64,000 nt of DNA from Felis catus (GCF_018350175.1 NC_058368.1:230952001-231016000); one strand, 5' to 3'; numbered from the stretch's first letter, positions 50,700 through 63,172 are shown. Numbers and translations: made by a program. The notes: generated by a model from the letters alone, not told the origin.

Positions 50700-51150
50700 C
50701 TCATTAAGTGATCTCATCAGTCCCTTCTGACGTCTCCTGCCAGCTCCCCCTCTCCATTCAGCTCTTGCCTCTCCGGGCTTCCGGCTGTTTCAGAACATTC
50801 CTTGTGTTCCCACCACACAGCCCTTTGCCCTTGCTGCTGCATCTGGACTGCCCTTCCCCTAGACAGCAGCACAGCCAAGACTTTGACTTCTCTCCTGCCT
50901 TTGCTCCAAGGTTCAGATCTGCCCCGCACCGTCCGCTCACACCCCGCCCGCTTTACCGTTTCTCCTCGGCACCCCGTGCTCCAACCCATGCTAGCGGTCT
51001 CATGCCTTTTACTGAAATGCCTAGGTTATTGCTTCTCTCCCCCAAGAGCCCACGAGCCCCATCCGAGTGGGGATTTCAGACTTCGTTCAGCACTCCGGTC
51101 CCGAGAACAGCGCCTGCGACAGGTGCACCTGCTCAATAAACATGTGCTAA
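50700..51150 (+). mobile_element. LINE-2 3' end
   Basis: ccctttgcccttgctgctgc...gaacagcgcctgcgacaggtgcacctgctcaataaacatgtgct. Confidence 0.68.
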
Positions 51151-51929
51151 CTCAACGCATCCCTCGAACTGAGGAGAAAGTCACTTCAAAGCTCAGGAGC
51201 CAAAACCAAGAAGCATATTTAATGCAAACGGCGTTTGTGGTGTTTCTTTTTAAAGGAAGCACTGCAGCCCGGGGTCTGCTTGGAGTGCGACTGGTTAATA
51301 AAAATCCCTTTGAAATCAAAACCAAATGTGGGCTTTACGTGCTAGAAGGCACATCACAGTCTTGCCAGGTGTGATGTGGGTCGTCTCTGGCTACTCATTA
51401 GCTTCATGATCAATTAAATATCCACGAGCATGTGGTGGCCGCCTCCACACGTCACACGTTCTCCAAGCACCGGATGAAGCCGGAATGATCATCACTGAAG
51501 ACAAACTCTGGGAAATCTGAGCGGATGCGTCATGCCTCTTGAGGCTCATCTCCTCGTATTACATTTTCAAAAGCACAACTCGTCCTATTATGAGTATTTT
51601 CTAAGAGGAAAATGAAGTATAACATTCAGATTCTAACAACAACAAACAGTCCGCCTGAGACACTGAGGCGCGTCTACTGCACTGAGGACACCAGCTCATT
51701 TTGTGGACCAGGAGCCTTGCACAGGAGCTGGTAAACACAACTTTCCAAAGAAGCCGTGGATGTTTTAAAAGCGCCTCATGAAACGTTTGGTCAGTAAGAG
51801 GCAGGAGAGAGCGGCCAGATGTGCCAAATGCTATAGACTTTTCTGGGTCAGACCTCAGGAATTTCTCCATGTAAATAGGTACCAGCATTCACAACTCAAA
51901 ACAATTTCGCTTCCTTTTGTCCTCTATTT

Positions 51930-52138
51930 CAGTGATTGTCCCCTGGGGAGTGATTTTGTTCCCTGAGGGGACATTAGTCAATGTCTGGAGACATTTTTCT
52001 TGTCACAACTGTGGGAGGTGGAGAGATGCTACTGGGCTGAGGCCAGGGATGCTGTTCAACCCCAGAGTGCACAGGACGATCCCCACAACAAAGAATTACC
52101 TGGTCCCAACCGCCATTAATGCCAAGGTGGAGAAGCCT
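51930..52138. mobile_element. MER20
   Basis: cagtg...ggggacattagtcaatgtctggagacatttt...gaggccagggatgctg...aatgccaaggtggagaagcct. Confidence 0.87.
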
Positions 52139-53163
52139 CAATATAATAAAGGCCATTTATGAAAAGCCCACAGGTAACACCCTCATCAATGAGGAAAAAA
52201 CTGAAAGTTTTCCTTTAAAATCAGGAAAAAGACAAGAATGCCCACTGTCACCATTTCTACGCAACACAGTACTAGAAGAACTAGAAAGAGCAATCAGACA
52301 AGAAAAAGAAATGAAATGCACCCAAATCAGAAAGAAAGAAAGATTATCGCTGCAGATGATGTAACCCTATATATAGAAAGCCCTAAAAACGGCACAAAAA
52401 ACTATTAGAAATAATATAACGAGTTTCAGTGAAGTTGTCGGATACAAAATCAACATGCAAAAATCAGTCACATTTCTTTACACCAATCAAGATCTATCTG
52501 AAAAGGAAATCGAGAAAACAATTCCATTGATGATACCATCAAAAAAGAATAAAATACTTAGGAATAAATTTAACCAAGGAAGCGAAAGATCTGTACACTG
52601 AAAACTGTAAAATATTAACGGAAGAAACTGAAGAAAGTACAAAAAAAAAAGATGGAAAGATATCTTGTGTTCACGGGTTGGAAGAATTAATATTGTTAAA
52701 ATAGTCACACTACCCAAAGCAACACACAGATTGAGTGCAATCCCCATCACAATTCCAACGGCATTTTTAACAGAAATAGGGAAATAAGAATCGAAAATCT
52801 GGATGGAACCACAAAAGAGCTGAAGCAACCTTGAGAAAGAACGATGCTGAAGACATCACCCTCCCTGATTTCAAATGATATCACAAAGCTGTAGTCATGA
52901 AAACAGTAGAGTACCAGCACGAAAGCAGACACCCAGGTCAACGGACTAGAATAGAGCCCAGAAAAGGTTTCAAGCATGTAAAGTCAACTGATTTTCGACA
53001 AGGGCTCCGAGAACAAGGGCTCCGGGAAAGAATGGTCTCCTCAATGAGTGGTACCGGGAAAAGTGCATATGCACTGCAAAAGAATGACATTAGATCCTTA
53101 TCTCACACCGGCCAAAATCAACTCGAAGTGGATTAAAAAACTGAAATATATGACCCTGAAACC
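52136..53163 (+). mobile_element. L1 ORF2 internal fragment (reverse transcriptase region), degenerate
   Basis: Translates [14 protein letters not shown]...[34 protein letters not shown] (L1 RT). The FADD motif is frameshifted (gcagatgat) and there are many stops. Confidence 0.92.
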
Positions 53164-53214
53164 TTAGTTTTAAGTATTTCAAAATCAAGGTATATAACTG
53201 ACAGCCAGACACGG

Positions 53215-53470
53215 CACCCAATGTTATTCAACAAGCAGATACAAACCGCCTACTATGTGCGGCCAACTCTGCCTGACTGAAGGGGACATAAACTGAATGG
53301 TGCTGACGCCCTCCCTCATGGAGCTGACCAAGCCTAGACAGAAAATATTGACCCAGCATTATCAAGCAAAGCCAGAGGAGTTTTGTAAACAAGTTGCAAA
53401 CCGTGCTGGGAACCCCAGAGAGAAGCCAGCGTGTGAGGAGGTGTGGGAGAAAGATCCCAGCAAAAGTGAC
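53215..53470 (-). mobile_element. LINE-2 3' end
   Basis: tattcaacaagcagat...gcctactatgtgc...ccctcatggagctgac. Confidence 0.6.
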
Positions 53471-53475
53471 ATCTG

Positions 53476-54150
53476 AGGGCCTCTGGGTGGCTCAGTCGGT
53501 GAAGCGTCCGACTTTGGCTGGGGTCACAATCTTGTGGTTCGTGAGTTCCAGCCCCACGTCGGGCTCTGTGCTGACAGCTCGGAGCCTGGAGCCTGTTTCG
53601 GATTCTGTGTCTCCCTCTCTCTCTGCCCCTCCCCTGCTCGTGCTCTCTCTTTCTCTCTCGAAGAATAAATAAACATTAAAACAAAAAAATTTTAGGGGCG
53701 CCTGGGTGGCTCAGTCGGTGAAGCGTCCGACTTTGGCTCAGGTCATGATCTCGCAGTCTGTGAGTTCAAGCCCCGCGTCGGGCTCTGTGCTGACAGCTCA
53801 CAGCCTGGAGCCTGCTTCGGATTCTGTGTCTCCCTCTCTCTCTGCCCTTCCCTTGCTCACACACACTCTGTCTCTTCCTGTCTCTCAAAAGTGAATAAAA
53901 ACATTTTTTTAAAAAAAGTGATATCTGGGGCGCCTGGGTGGCGCAGTCGGTTGAGCGTCCGACTTCAGCCAGGTCACGATCTCGCGGTCCGTGAGTTCGA
54001 GCCCCACATTGGGCTCTGTGCTGACAGCTCAGAGCCTGGAGCCTGTTTCTGATTCTGTGTCTCCCTCTCTCTCTGCCCCTCCCCCGTTCATGCTCTGTCT
54101 CTCTCTGTCCCAAAAGTAAATAAATGTTGAAAAAAAAAAATTAAAAAAAA
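53476..54150 (+). mobile_element. Three head-to-tail CanSINEs (53476-53694, 53695-53917, 53927-54150)
   Basis: Three heads and tails; the target aaaagtga(c/t)atct occurs three times. Confidence 0.93.
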
Positions 54151-54623
54151 AAAGTGATATCTAAGACTGCCCTGCAGTAGATAGAGGGGATGGGTGTGGG
54201 TCCAGGGACAGTAAGGATCTGCCGTGGCATGGAGGGGGCACGGCACGTGGCTGGGGGGACACCAAGTCAGCCGGTGCTGTCACCTTACCGACAGCAAGGG
54301 CAGCAGTAGAAACTCAGGCATTTGGAGCTTTCCTGCAGGGGGCCTTGAAGGAAGCGCTTCCGGAGATGCTGCTCCTGTACTGAAAGCCACGCGTGTGAAA
54401 ACAAACCCAGAAGTAGCGGCAGAACAGAGTGGAAAGTGGCAAGGACGGGCGGGCGGAGACCAGAGAGGAAGCACAGCATCTATTTCAGGGAGATGTCGCA
54501 GAGCCCCAAATTAGAGCAGCGGTGTGAAACCCCAAAGGCAAGGGGGAGGCCGTCCCAGGCCCGTCCGGAATTTAGAAAGTGACGTGATGGGGGAGGCCGG
54601 GCCTGCCCCAGGATGCGGACCAC

Positions 54624-54798
54624 CAGGGCCGGCCCTGTGATTTGCGGCCCCCGTGCAAAATGAAAACCCCAGGCCCTGGTTCAAAATCATTAAGAATTTC
54701 CAGAAAGCGACAGCAGAGCATTGCACCACACGGGGGGCCTTTTTTAAGCACAAGGCCCGGAGCGTGGCACAGGTTGCACACCCACAACACCAGCCCTG
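54624..54798. mobile_element. MER45A hAT-Tip100 MITE
   Basis: cagggccgg...gtgcaaaatgaaaa...attaagaatttccagaaagcgacagcagagcatt...ccagccctg, with terminal inverted repeats. Confidence 0.85.
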
Positions 54799-55013
54799 GA
54801 GGCAGAGGCGATAATGCCAAATGTTGGAGGGTGGCAACGAGCCGTGTTGCAAACACGTAAAGGAGGAGACGTTGGGAGAAGGTCTGGCGCAAGAAATCCC
54901 GCGGCCGATCCGAATGCGGGTATGACTCCGGGAGTGCTGTGCAGGGCTGAGGGCTGGCATCGGCAGAACAGGCCTTGAGGGGGCTCTTCCAGCAGCCAGT
55001 CTTCCTAAGGGAA

Positions 55014-55369
55014 TGTGTGAGTCAGGGCTCTCCAGAGAGACACAGCCAGCAGGAAATGTAGACAGAGAGAGATGTATTTTAAGGAACGGGTCATACAAGC
55101 AGGAGATCTGGCAGGCTGGAGGCTCAGGCAGGGGCTGATGTTAGTCTTGACGCAGAATTTCTCCTTCGCCCGGAAAAGTCAGTTTTTGTTCTTAAGGCCT
55201 TCGACTGATTAGACTAGGCCCACCCACATTAGTGGTGGCAATCTCCTTGAGTCACTGTAGCTGTAACCACATCCACAAAGTGCCCTCACAGCACTCAGAG
55301 ACCAGTGTGTGACTGAGTAACTTGGTGCTATAGCCTCGCCCAAGCTGATGCCTAAAAACAGCCACCACA
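55014..55369 (-). mobile_element. ERVL solo LTR (MLT2D-like)
   Basis: tgtgtgagtcagggctctccagagagacacagcc...cttaaggccttcgactgattag...ccaccaca; 5-bp near-TSD gggaa/gggag. Confidence 0.85.
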
Positions 55370-57394
55370 GGGAGGGGAGGGACAAACCCATGGCAAGAGG
55401 CTCAGGAAATGGGCAAAGAAATGGACACCAGAAAGTCCAGGTGAAACCAGAAAGTGAGCAGGGGACAAGAAGCCTATGAGGTCCAGGAGGTGGCTTCAGT
55501 GTGTGTGACCCCAGCTGCAGAGCCATTTCACAGGGGTTCAGGGGGCTGGGGGTGCCCCGAGGTCAGGCCACTGTTAGGATCATGCAGCAGACTGTTCAGA
55601 CCAGGGGCACCCGGCCGAAGGGGGCGGAAGGGGCTCCAAAGCCCAGCCAAGCTGCGTTATCCCCCACCTTCCATGCAGAAGGGGATGTCATTTTCCAGTA
55701 CTGACAATAGTCAGTCTGGGCCCCCAGAACAGGTGCTTTCCTAACACCCAGCCACGGAGCCACGAGGAGAGTTGCAAAGCCAGAGAAGGCGGAGGTCCTG
55801 AGAGAGCCCCCCCGGTCACGGCTGGGCACCAAGCACTGGGCACAGACCCGCCCGCCCCACATGCCTTTGGCCTTGGAAAGCAGAGGACTTCAGGATCCCG
55901 TCAGAGCCGACCCACTGGGGCAGGTGAGATTAGGGTTTGTTTGGTTTTGGATTCTTTTTCCCTTGTTTAGGAGAAGGGTTCCAAGTCCATTGTAACCAGA
56001 AGGGAAGAGAGAGGGCAGGACGGAAGAGGCTGGGCAGACAGCAATGAGTGGATAGGAGCGGGGGCTTGAGGGGGTGACCCACTCGGGGAGGGGCTTCGTG
56101 CTCCGAGGGCAGGGGTGACGGCAGTGCAGCTGTGTGTCCTTGGCCTTGACTGAGCACTTCCCCTGCTCCCGTCCCTGTCTCCACACAGGTCAAGGGCAAA
56201 ACCAGCTTGGCCAGCCCAAGGAAACACTGCTATCCCTTGATGCAGGATCAAGGAAAAGGGGGTGGCGGTAACAAGCCTGAAGAACACTCCCTCCCTCTTC
56301 TCTTCAAAACAGAAAGCCAGGATGCGCCTGGGAGGGACAGAAAGCCTCCCAGGTTGAACTGAAACACCGGCCAGGAGATACACGTGCAACCCATCAGGCT
56401 TCTCAGAGCTGAGCGTCAGAATGTCCTGGAGGGTTTGCTGACCACAGGGCGCCAACCCCACCCCAGAATTTCGGATCCAACAAGTCAGGAGTGCGTCCCC
56501 AGCTGCTGCTGACGCTGCTGGGCACTTTGAGGACCTCAGTGACCAGTCAGCAAGACGACGGAGGGATGCCCAAGAGGGCAGTTCGGCCTGATGCTCAGTG
56601 TGAAACGGGTCGGGTTTGGGGCTGGGCACCCTTTTGTAAAGACTTCAGTCCTGTTCATACGTCGCAACTTCTAGGAAGTTTATGGTTAAGACGCGTGAAG
56701 GCGGGACCAGCACATGTTACCCCATCGTGTTAACCCCATCGCGCCCGCGGCCGGTGTTTCCTGCAGCCGAGCGATGTCAAATGTCACGATGTCTTGCCAT
56801 AAAGTGACAGGGATCTGGTTCCTCCTTCATAAATTTCCTTTCGTAAATAATGTAAATGGTTAAAACGGATTAGTGGCTGCCCGTGGCTAAAGGGCGGCTG
56901 GGATAGAGGGTCACAGTTGGAGGTACAAGGTTTTCCCAGAGGGGATGCGGACATTCGTCTGTGAATGTCCCCAAGTCCTCTCAACTGTACCAATGCGGCT
57001 GCTGTTAACACACTCATTTTCCTTCACTTTCTCCTCCGCATTACTTCCTTCGAGTTTGCCTTTGGGGGATTCCCCATCACTCCGAACCTTAAAGACTTAC
57101 ATTAGCTTTCCTGTGAACAAAATTTTTTTTTCTATTCCTGGACATCCTATGACGACTTAATTTTACTCATGTAAACATTTTTTTTTTTTTTTAATCACAG
57201 AACAATAGAATTCTACCCTTTCAGACACAGAGACCATCTTCGTGTGAACCCATCCAAATCTCCAGGTGGACCCCCTTGGGTTTTTTGAAAGGCGGGCACC
57301 TGTGGTTCTCTCCACATATTATATAAATAAACTACGTACCTCCTCTGCAAGTAGAAAAATATTTTAAATCATTTTTAAAAAGTTCTTCAGCACT

Positions 57395-57495
57395 TGATGT
57401 ATTAGGAGGTGGGGCCTCTGGAGTGTGATGAGGTCAGGAGGGTGGAGTCGCATGATGAGATTAGTTCCCCGATAAAAGAGACCCCAGAGAACTCT
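57395..57495 (+). mobile_element. MLT1A/MST-like LTR fragment
   Basis: gtattaggaggtggggcctctggagtgtgatgaggtcaggagggtggag...taaaagagaccccagaga. Confidence 0.7.
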
Positions 57496-57756
57496 GGAAT
57501 GGGGTAAAACATGTTTTAAACAGCCAACATTCAGGAACAGCCACTCCTTTGAAAAAAAGAGCTTTTTTCTTTTTTACATAAACTTTTTGCTAAAGTACAC
57601 ATGTTGCTGACAAGGAAATACAGCCCCCACGTATTTGCCAAAGCTCTTAGGTCGAAATCAAGTCATTTGCAAAATGCTACATGGAAACAGCCCAATGCAA
57701 ACAGAGTTTTTAGTTCTTTTCAAAGGGCCCCTCCATTGAATTAACATTAGGAACCC

Positions 57757-58244
57757 TTTTTTTTTTTTATTTTTAAAATGTTTGTTTATTTTTTTTTGAG
57801 AAAGAGAGAGAGAGAGAGCAAACACGAGTGACCGGGAGGCAGAGAGAGAGGGAGAGAGAGAATCTCAAGCAGGCTCCACACTGTCAGCACAGAGCTGGAC
57901 TCTGGGGTCGAATTCACGAACCGTGAGATCATAACTTGAGCTGAAGTCAGGAGTTGGACACTCCACCAACTGAGCCACCCAGGCACTCCCACTGGGAATC
58001 CTTTCAAAATAAGTTAACAGCATCTTACTGAGCACGATCGGGGGGGGGGGGGGGGGATGGAGAGGGAGGGAGAGAGAGAGAGAAAGCACAATCAGGGGAA
58101 AGGGGCAGAGGGAGAGAGAATCTTTAGCAGCCTCCATGCTCAGCACAGAGCCCCACACAGGGCTCAACCCCATGACCCTGGGATCATGACCTGAGTGGAA
58201 ATCTAGAGTCAGACACTCAACTGACTGAGCCGCCCAGGAGCCCC
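57757..58244 (-). mobile_element. Two CanSINEs (57757-57990 and 58040-58244)
   Basis: Two minus-strand heads with GA tracts. Confidence 0.88.
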
Positions 58245-58531
58245 AGTTCTGGTTTTTTTAAAAAAAATAACTCAATTCATTCATACCTCATTCTAAAACC
58301 AATGGATTTAGATCTGTCGACACCAAAGAAAATTTCAAATTCACCTCAGAGTTCCTGGTGCATTTTAGGGAAATGTATTTATCCTACTTTTCACGTGTGG
58401 CAATGGAGACTCAACCCTCCTCTCCAGGACCCACCCGAGGGCCCTTCCTGATCAAGGGCTCCCCTGCCCCCCAAAAGTACCCTCAAGAAGCTACACCTGT
58501 CATGTGTCCCACGTGGGTGCTGTAGCATGAT

Positions 58532-58585
58532 AAAACAAAACAAAACAAAACAAAACAAAACAAAACAAAACAAAACAAAAAAAAA
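58532..58585. repeat. (AAAAC)n microsatellite
   Basis: Direct reading. Confidence 0.95.
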
Positions 58586-58593
58586 CAGCCCAG

Positions 58594-58900
58594 AGGTGCC
58601 CGGCTGTCTCAGTCGGTAAAGCATACAACTCTTGACCTGGGGTCATGAGTTCAAGCCCCACATTGGGCATAGAATCTATTTTAAAACAAAACACAACAGG
58701 GGCGCCTGGGTGGCTCAGTCGGTTGAGCATCCGACTTTGGCTCAAGTCATGACCTCATGGTTCGTGGGTTCGAGCCCCACGTCGGGCTCTGTGCTGACGG
58801 CTCAGAGCCTGAAGCCTGCTTCAGAGTTTGTGTCTCCCTCTCTCTCCGCCCCTCCCCCATTCGTGCTCTCTCTGCCTCTCAAAAATAAACAAACGTAAAA
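58594..58900 (+). mobile_element. Short CanSINE (58594-58690) followed by a full CanSINE (58699-58900)
   Basis: Two heads; the second is flanked by taaaacaaaa..caca. Confidence 0.87.
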
Positions 58901-60424
58901 CAAAAACACAGTCTGAGCAACTAAATTTAGGTAAATGCTTCCCTCCCAGGGACAACCCACCCCCCCCCACCACCAGTATAAATTAACACAACAGCTTTCC
59001 TCTAAGATAAGAAGTCCAGGTGCCACTAAAGGAGGAAATCTGTGATCAGCAGGTCTTTCAGCTTCTCTTGGGGACACTTTGTATGTGGCCCCAACGGGTG
59101 ACCGACCACCTGGATCTGCCAGGGCACAGGGGTTTCCCAAGACGTAGGACTTTCAGGGCTGCCGCAGGAAACTCCCAGATGCAACGGAGCAGGATGATAA
59201 CCCCACAGGGCCATCGTGTGCCCGCTGAAGGCGGCCTCCCCACTCCATCACAATGCAGGGAAGATGTGCCAGAGACATCCGAGGTGGCCTGTCCCAGCCC
59301 ACCCTTCAACAAAGGAGGACGTGCGGTGACAAGATGCACCAGGGTCGCTCCTTCCCCACTCCTCAGTGCCTATGTCCCTTTCCACTGTGGACGAAACAGG
59401 TCCCCCAAAGATCTGGATCCCGTGAGGCAGGAGAGTCAGCAGGGAGACGCATCTCCTGGTAACAAAAGGACCCCACGGCGCAGCAACCTGGCTTCAAAGT
59501 CTCCTCGGCTGAGTCCGGTGCAGCTCGGCACTGCTATAAATGGACGTGATTTCCTAGAAACCCACCCATTATCTACCCCGAAAGAGAAAAGACCGAACTC
59601 ACAGCGCTGGTAAAACTGACCTAGGAGCTGAGTCACCGCTGCTGTTTTTAGCACATGACTACTGTCCCTCGTGTTTTCAAATACAAAAGCTGGAAGGTCT
59701 GGGCGGAAGCCATACAGACCGACCAACTTGACGGAAGGGGCAGGGCCAGGCCCTTTGGAATGCCTGGCTCGACCATGTCAAGGAAAAGTAGAAACGGAAG
59801 GAAACTCTGGAAACCCGTTGCAGTGGCATCAGACTGTGAGAGTCTCCGGACGGACCAGGGCTTCGATTCCAGGGCTCTCCGCACTAACCTGCACTCGAGG
59901 ACAATGCTGAAGAACGAAAAAGGCTTGTAGTGATTCCCCAGCACACATAGGCCATCTTTCCCCTCCTCGAAGTACTCTCCTTCCTCATCGGTTGGGAGTC
60001 TAAACCCTTCTCGTTCTCCCCCAAGCCTCAGACTGCTTCCCCTCCACTTCCTGAGGCAGCGTCTCAGTCTCCACCCATCTGGAATCACAGGCGCTCCCAA
60101 GATGCACCAAGATGGGGCGCCACACCCTTCTCTCCCTCCCATCTAGCCTGACACCTGGCTTCATTTGCACCCGTGGCACCAACTGCCGCTCGCTGAGTAT
60201 AAACGCTCAACATGGGCTCCACCCTCAACATTCCTGTGGTTACAGAAGAGTCATCACCAACTAGACATGCCATTCTCTTGCTTCCTCCTTTTCTCTTGGC
60301 TAAAGTTGGAACAGTCGTACTGGAAACCATCTTGAGATTAACTCGCCATGGAAACAATAGTTCCACTTACTGAGTGCCTGTGATGTGCATTCTGCCTCGA
60401 GCCTCTGTACTGTGTTGTTATTTC

Positions 60425-61107
60425 TTTTTTTTTTTTTTAAACGTTTATTTATTTTTGGGACAGAGAGAGACAGAGCATGAACGGGGAAGGGGCAGACAGA
60501 GAGGGAGACACAGAATCGGAAACAGGCTCCAGGCTCCGAGCCATCAGCGCAGAGCCTGACGCGGGGCTCGAACTCCCGGACCGCAAGATCGTGACCTGGC
60601 TGAAGTCGGACGCTTAACCGACTGCGCCACCCAGGTGCCCCTCCGTGTTGTTCTTTTTTTTTTTTTTTTTTTTTTCAACGTTTATTTATTTTTGGGACAG
60701 AGAGAGACAGAGCATGAACGGGCGAGGGGCAGAGAGAGAGGGAGACACAGAATCGGAAACAGGCTCCAGGCTCCGAGCCATCAGCCCAGAGCCCGACGCG
60801 GGGCTCGAACTCCCCGACCGCGAGATCGTGACCTGGCTGAAGTCGGACGCTTAACCGACTGCGCCACCCAGGCGCCCCTCCATGTTGTTATTTCTTTTTT
60901 TTTTTTTTCAACATTTATTTTTGGGACAGAGAGAGACAGAGCATGAACGGGGGAGGGGCAGAGAGAGAGGGAGACACAGAGTCGGAAACAGGCTCCAGGC
61001 TCCGAGCCATCGGCCCAGAGCCCGACGCGGGGCTCGAACTCCCGGACCGCGAGATCGTGACCTGGCTGAAGTCGGACGCTTAACCGACTGCGCCACCCAG
61101 GCGCCCC
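60425..61107 (-). mobile_element. Tandem array of three young felid SINECs (60425-60641, 60654-60878, 60895-61107) inside a MIR
   Basis: Three CpG-rich copies separated and flanked by gtgttgttatttct-type repeats; MIR-like sequence on both sides (about 60353-61220). Confidence 0.95.
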
Positions 61108-61257
61108 TCCGTGTTGTTATTTCTATAATAAGCATCCCCATTCTATGGCTGGGGATCTAGAGGAAACTCAAGACGAAAAGATCGTGTGACTTGTCCACGG
61201 TCATGTAACCAACCTGAGCCCGCCATCTTTGGCCACCAAGCTGCTCTAAGAAAAGTC

Positions 61258-61390
61258 CCAGAGCTCTTCAAACGGGTGTACGTACCAATCACATCAAGGC
61301 CTGAGTGAAGTACTGATTCTGGTTCAGTAGGTCTCGGGAGGGCCCGGGGTCCTGTATTTGGGAAAAGCTCTCATGTGATGCCAGTGCACG
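61258..61390. mobile_element. MER5-like fragment
   Basis: gattctggttcagtaggtctcgggagggcccggggtcctgtattt...aagctctcatgtgatgcc. Confidence 0.62.
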
Positions 61391-61658
61391 GTAGCAATGG
61401 CTCATACATCTAATATTCCCAGCGGGTGCCATTCCCACACATTAACCAGGTCTGACACTGCTTTGCTTTTCTAAAAACTATAGATCTAAAACTGATCTAT
61501 TCCTGGTGGTAAGGCTACAGACAAAAGGTAACGCATGCCTTCATTTTATTTTCCAATTTTTATGCAGTGGTAAAATGGACATAAAATATCTCTACCTTAA
61601 CCACTTTTAAGGGCTGCCTTCCTTCATTATTATACTGGCGATCGTGAAATAATGACAC

Positions 61659-61862
61659 GGGCCATCTGGGTGGCTCAGTCGGTTAAGCGTCTGACTCTTG
61701 ATGTTGACTCAGGTCATGGTTTGTGGGTTCGAGCTCCATGTGCTGACAGTGAGGAACCTGCTTAGCATTGTCTCCCTCTCTCTCCCCCTCCCTCTCACTG
61801 CCCCCCTTTCTCTGTCCCTCCTCTGCTCTCTCTCACTCTCAAAATAAATACTTAAAAAAAAA
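61659..61862 (+). mobile_element. CanSINE
   Basis: Head, CT tract and A tail. Confidence 0.9.
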
Positions 61863-62678
61863 GAATGAATAGATTCACAGAAACCGCCCCCCCCCCCACC
61901 CCGGTGTCGACATGTGACAGAATTACGGGTCAGGGGCACCACCATGAAATGCACATGGCCACCATCCACAGAGCTTGCTCAGCTGTGGGGTGGGTGGGGT
62001 GGTTCTGTGCCATTTCAACCCACGTGTAGACCACCACAGTCCAGATGCAGGCCTGGCCGTCACCACAGGCCCCCGCCTGCCACCCCGTTAGGGAGGCCCT
62101 CACTCCTCCTCTCTCAGAAACCCTAGCCCCGGCAACCCATAAGCTGGTCTTCATTGCTACAACTGCATTATTTCAAGAATGTTCACAAATGGAATTACAC
62201 AGCCTAATTGCCCACCTTCCTTCATGTTTAAATCAACTTCCTGCACCTTCCGCCGTCTCGGGAAATGTGCGACGCTGAATTTATGGTAACACCCTGCTCC
62301 TGCCTCTTCAAGGGGCCCACCTCTACACCCCCCGCCTGGCCTCTCACCGCTGGAATGGCCCTCGCTCGGCAGGTGCTGTATCTGATCCAGGAGTCAGTTA
62401 AATCCCAGAAACAGAAGCAAGAGAGAAATGCTTGACTCCACATCCTATCACTTGCCTACTCCGGATTGAACTTATTCAGAGCTGACATGAATACACCTTG
62501 GGAAGCATACATCTGTTTTTGTGACTTTGAAATTGCTCTCAGTCCCACGACTCCAACCCAATTTTGCCACTGAGCCGTCACTCGAGATTTCATGTCTACC
62601 GTAATTTCCTATCTCTGACTTGGTAGAAATAAGTAAAATTCACCTTCAATTGTCTTTCAAACTTAAGAACATCACTTG

Positions 62679-62885
62679 AGGGGCGCCTGGGTGGCTCAGT
62701 CAGTTGAGCGGCCGACTTCAGCTCAGGTCATGATCTCATGGTTCATCAGTTCGAGACCCACGTCGGGCCCTGTGCTGACAGCTCAGATCCTGGAGCCTGC
62801 TTCGGATTCTGTGTCTCCCTCTCTCTCTGCCCCTCCCCTGCTCGCACTGTCTCTCTCAAAAATAAATCAACATTAAAAAAAATTA
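62679..62885 (+). mobile_element. CanSINE
   Basis: TSD taagaacatcacttga. Confidence 0.93.
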
Positions 62886-62988
62886 TAAGAACATCACTTG
62901 AAAACAGTCTCATTTATGTACACACACACAATGAATAACATCAAGGATTCTTAACATCCTACTTCATCTTAAAATCTGACTCCATAAG

Positions 62989-62990
<2 letters not shown>

Positions 62991-63030
<40 letters not shown>
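62991..63030. repeat. (CA)20 microsatellite
   Basis: Direct reading. Confidence 0.97.
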
Positions 63031-63033
<3 letters not shown>

Positions 63034-63172
63034 CATACCTACACCATCATTCCACCAGCCTGTCTAAAAAAATTACTTCCCAATTGTCTTGAATGAAACA
63101 TACTTTCTTTGTTCACATATGTTAACAACTTCTCTACAACCTTCTTATTTCTTTTAATTAAAAGGAATTACA

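Noticed and set aside
52119..52364. Reverse-transcriptase-like ORF as a functional or domesticated RT
   Set aside because: It is a frameshifted L1 ORF2 remnant with stops and a broken catalytic motif.
54511..60142. Long ORFs of 160-220 aa (54511-55098, 55967-56629, 59020-59613, 59648-60142; also 20047-20631)
   Set aside because: They have no recognisable domain, overlap repeats or each other on opposite strands, and are expected by chance in GC-rich sequence.
60410..61124. Regularly spaced short direct repeats resembling a CRISPR array
   Set aside because: The spacers are near-identical SINEs and the repeats are target-site duplications. The DNA is mammalian and has no cas genes.
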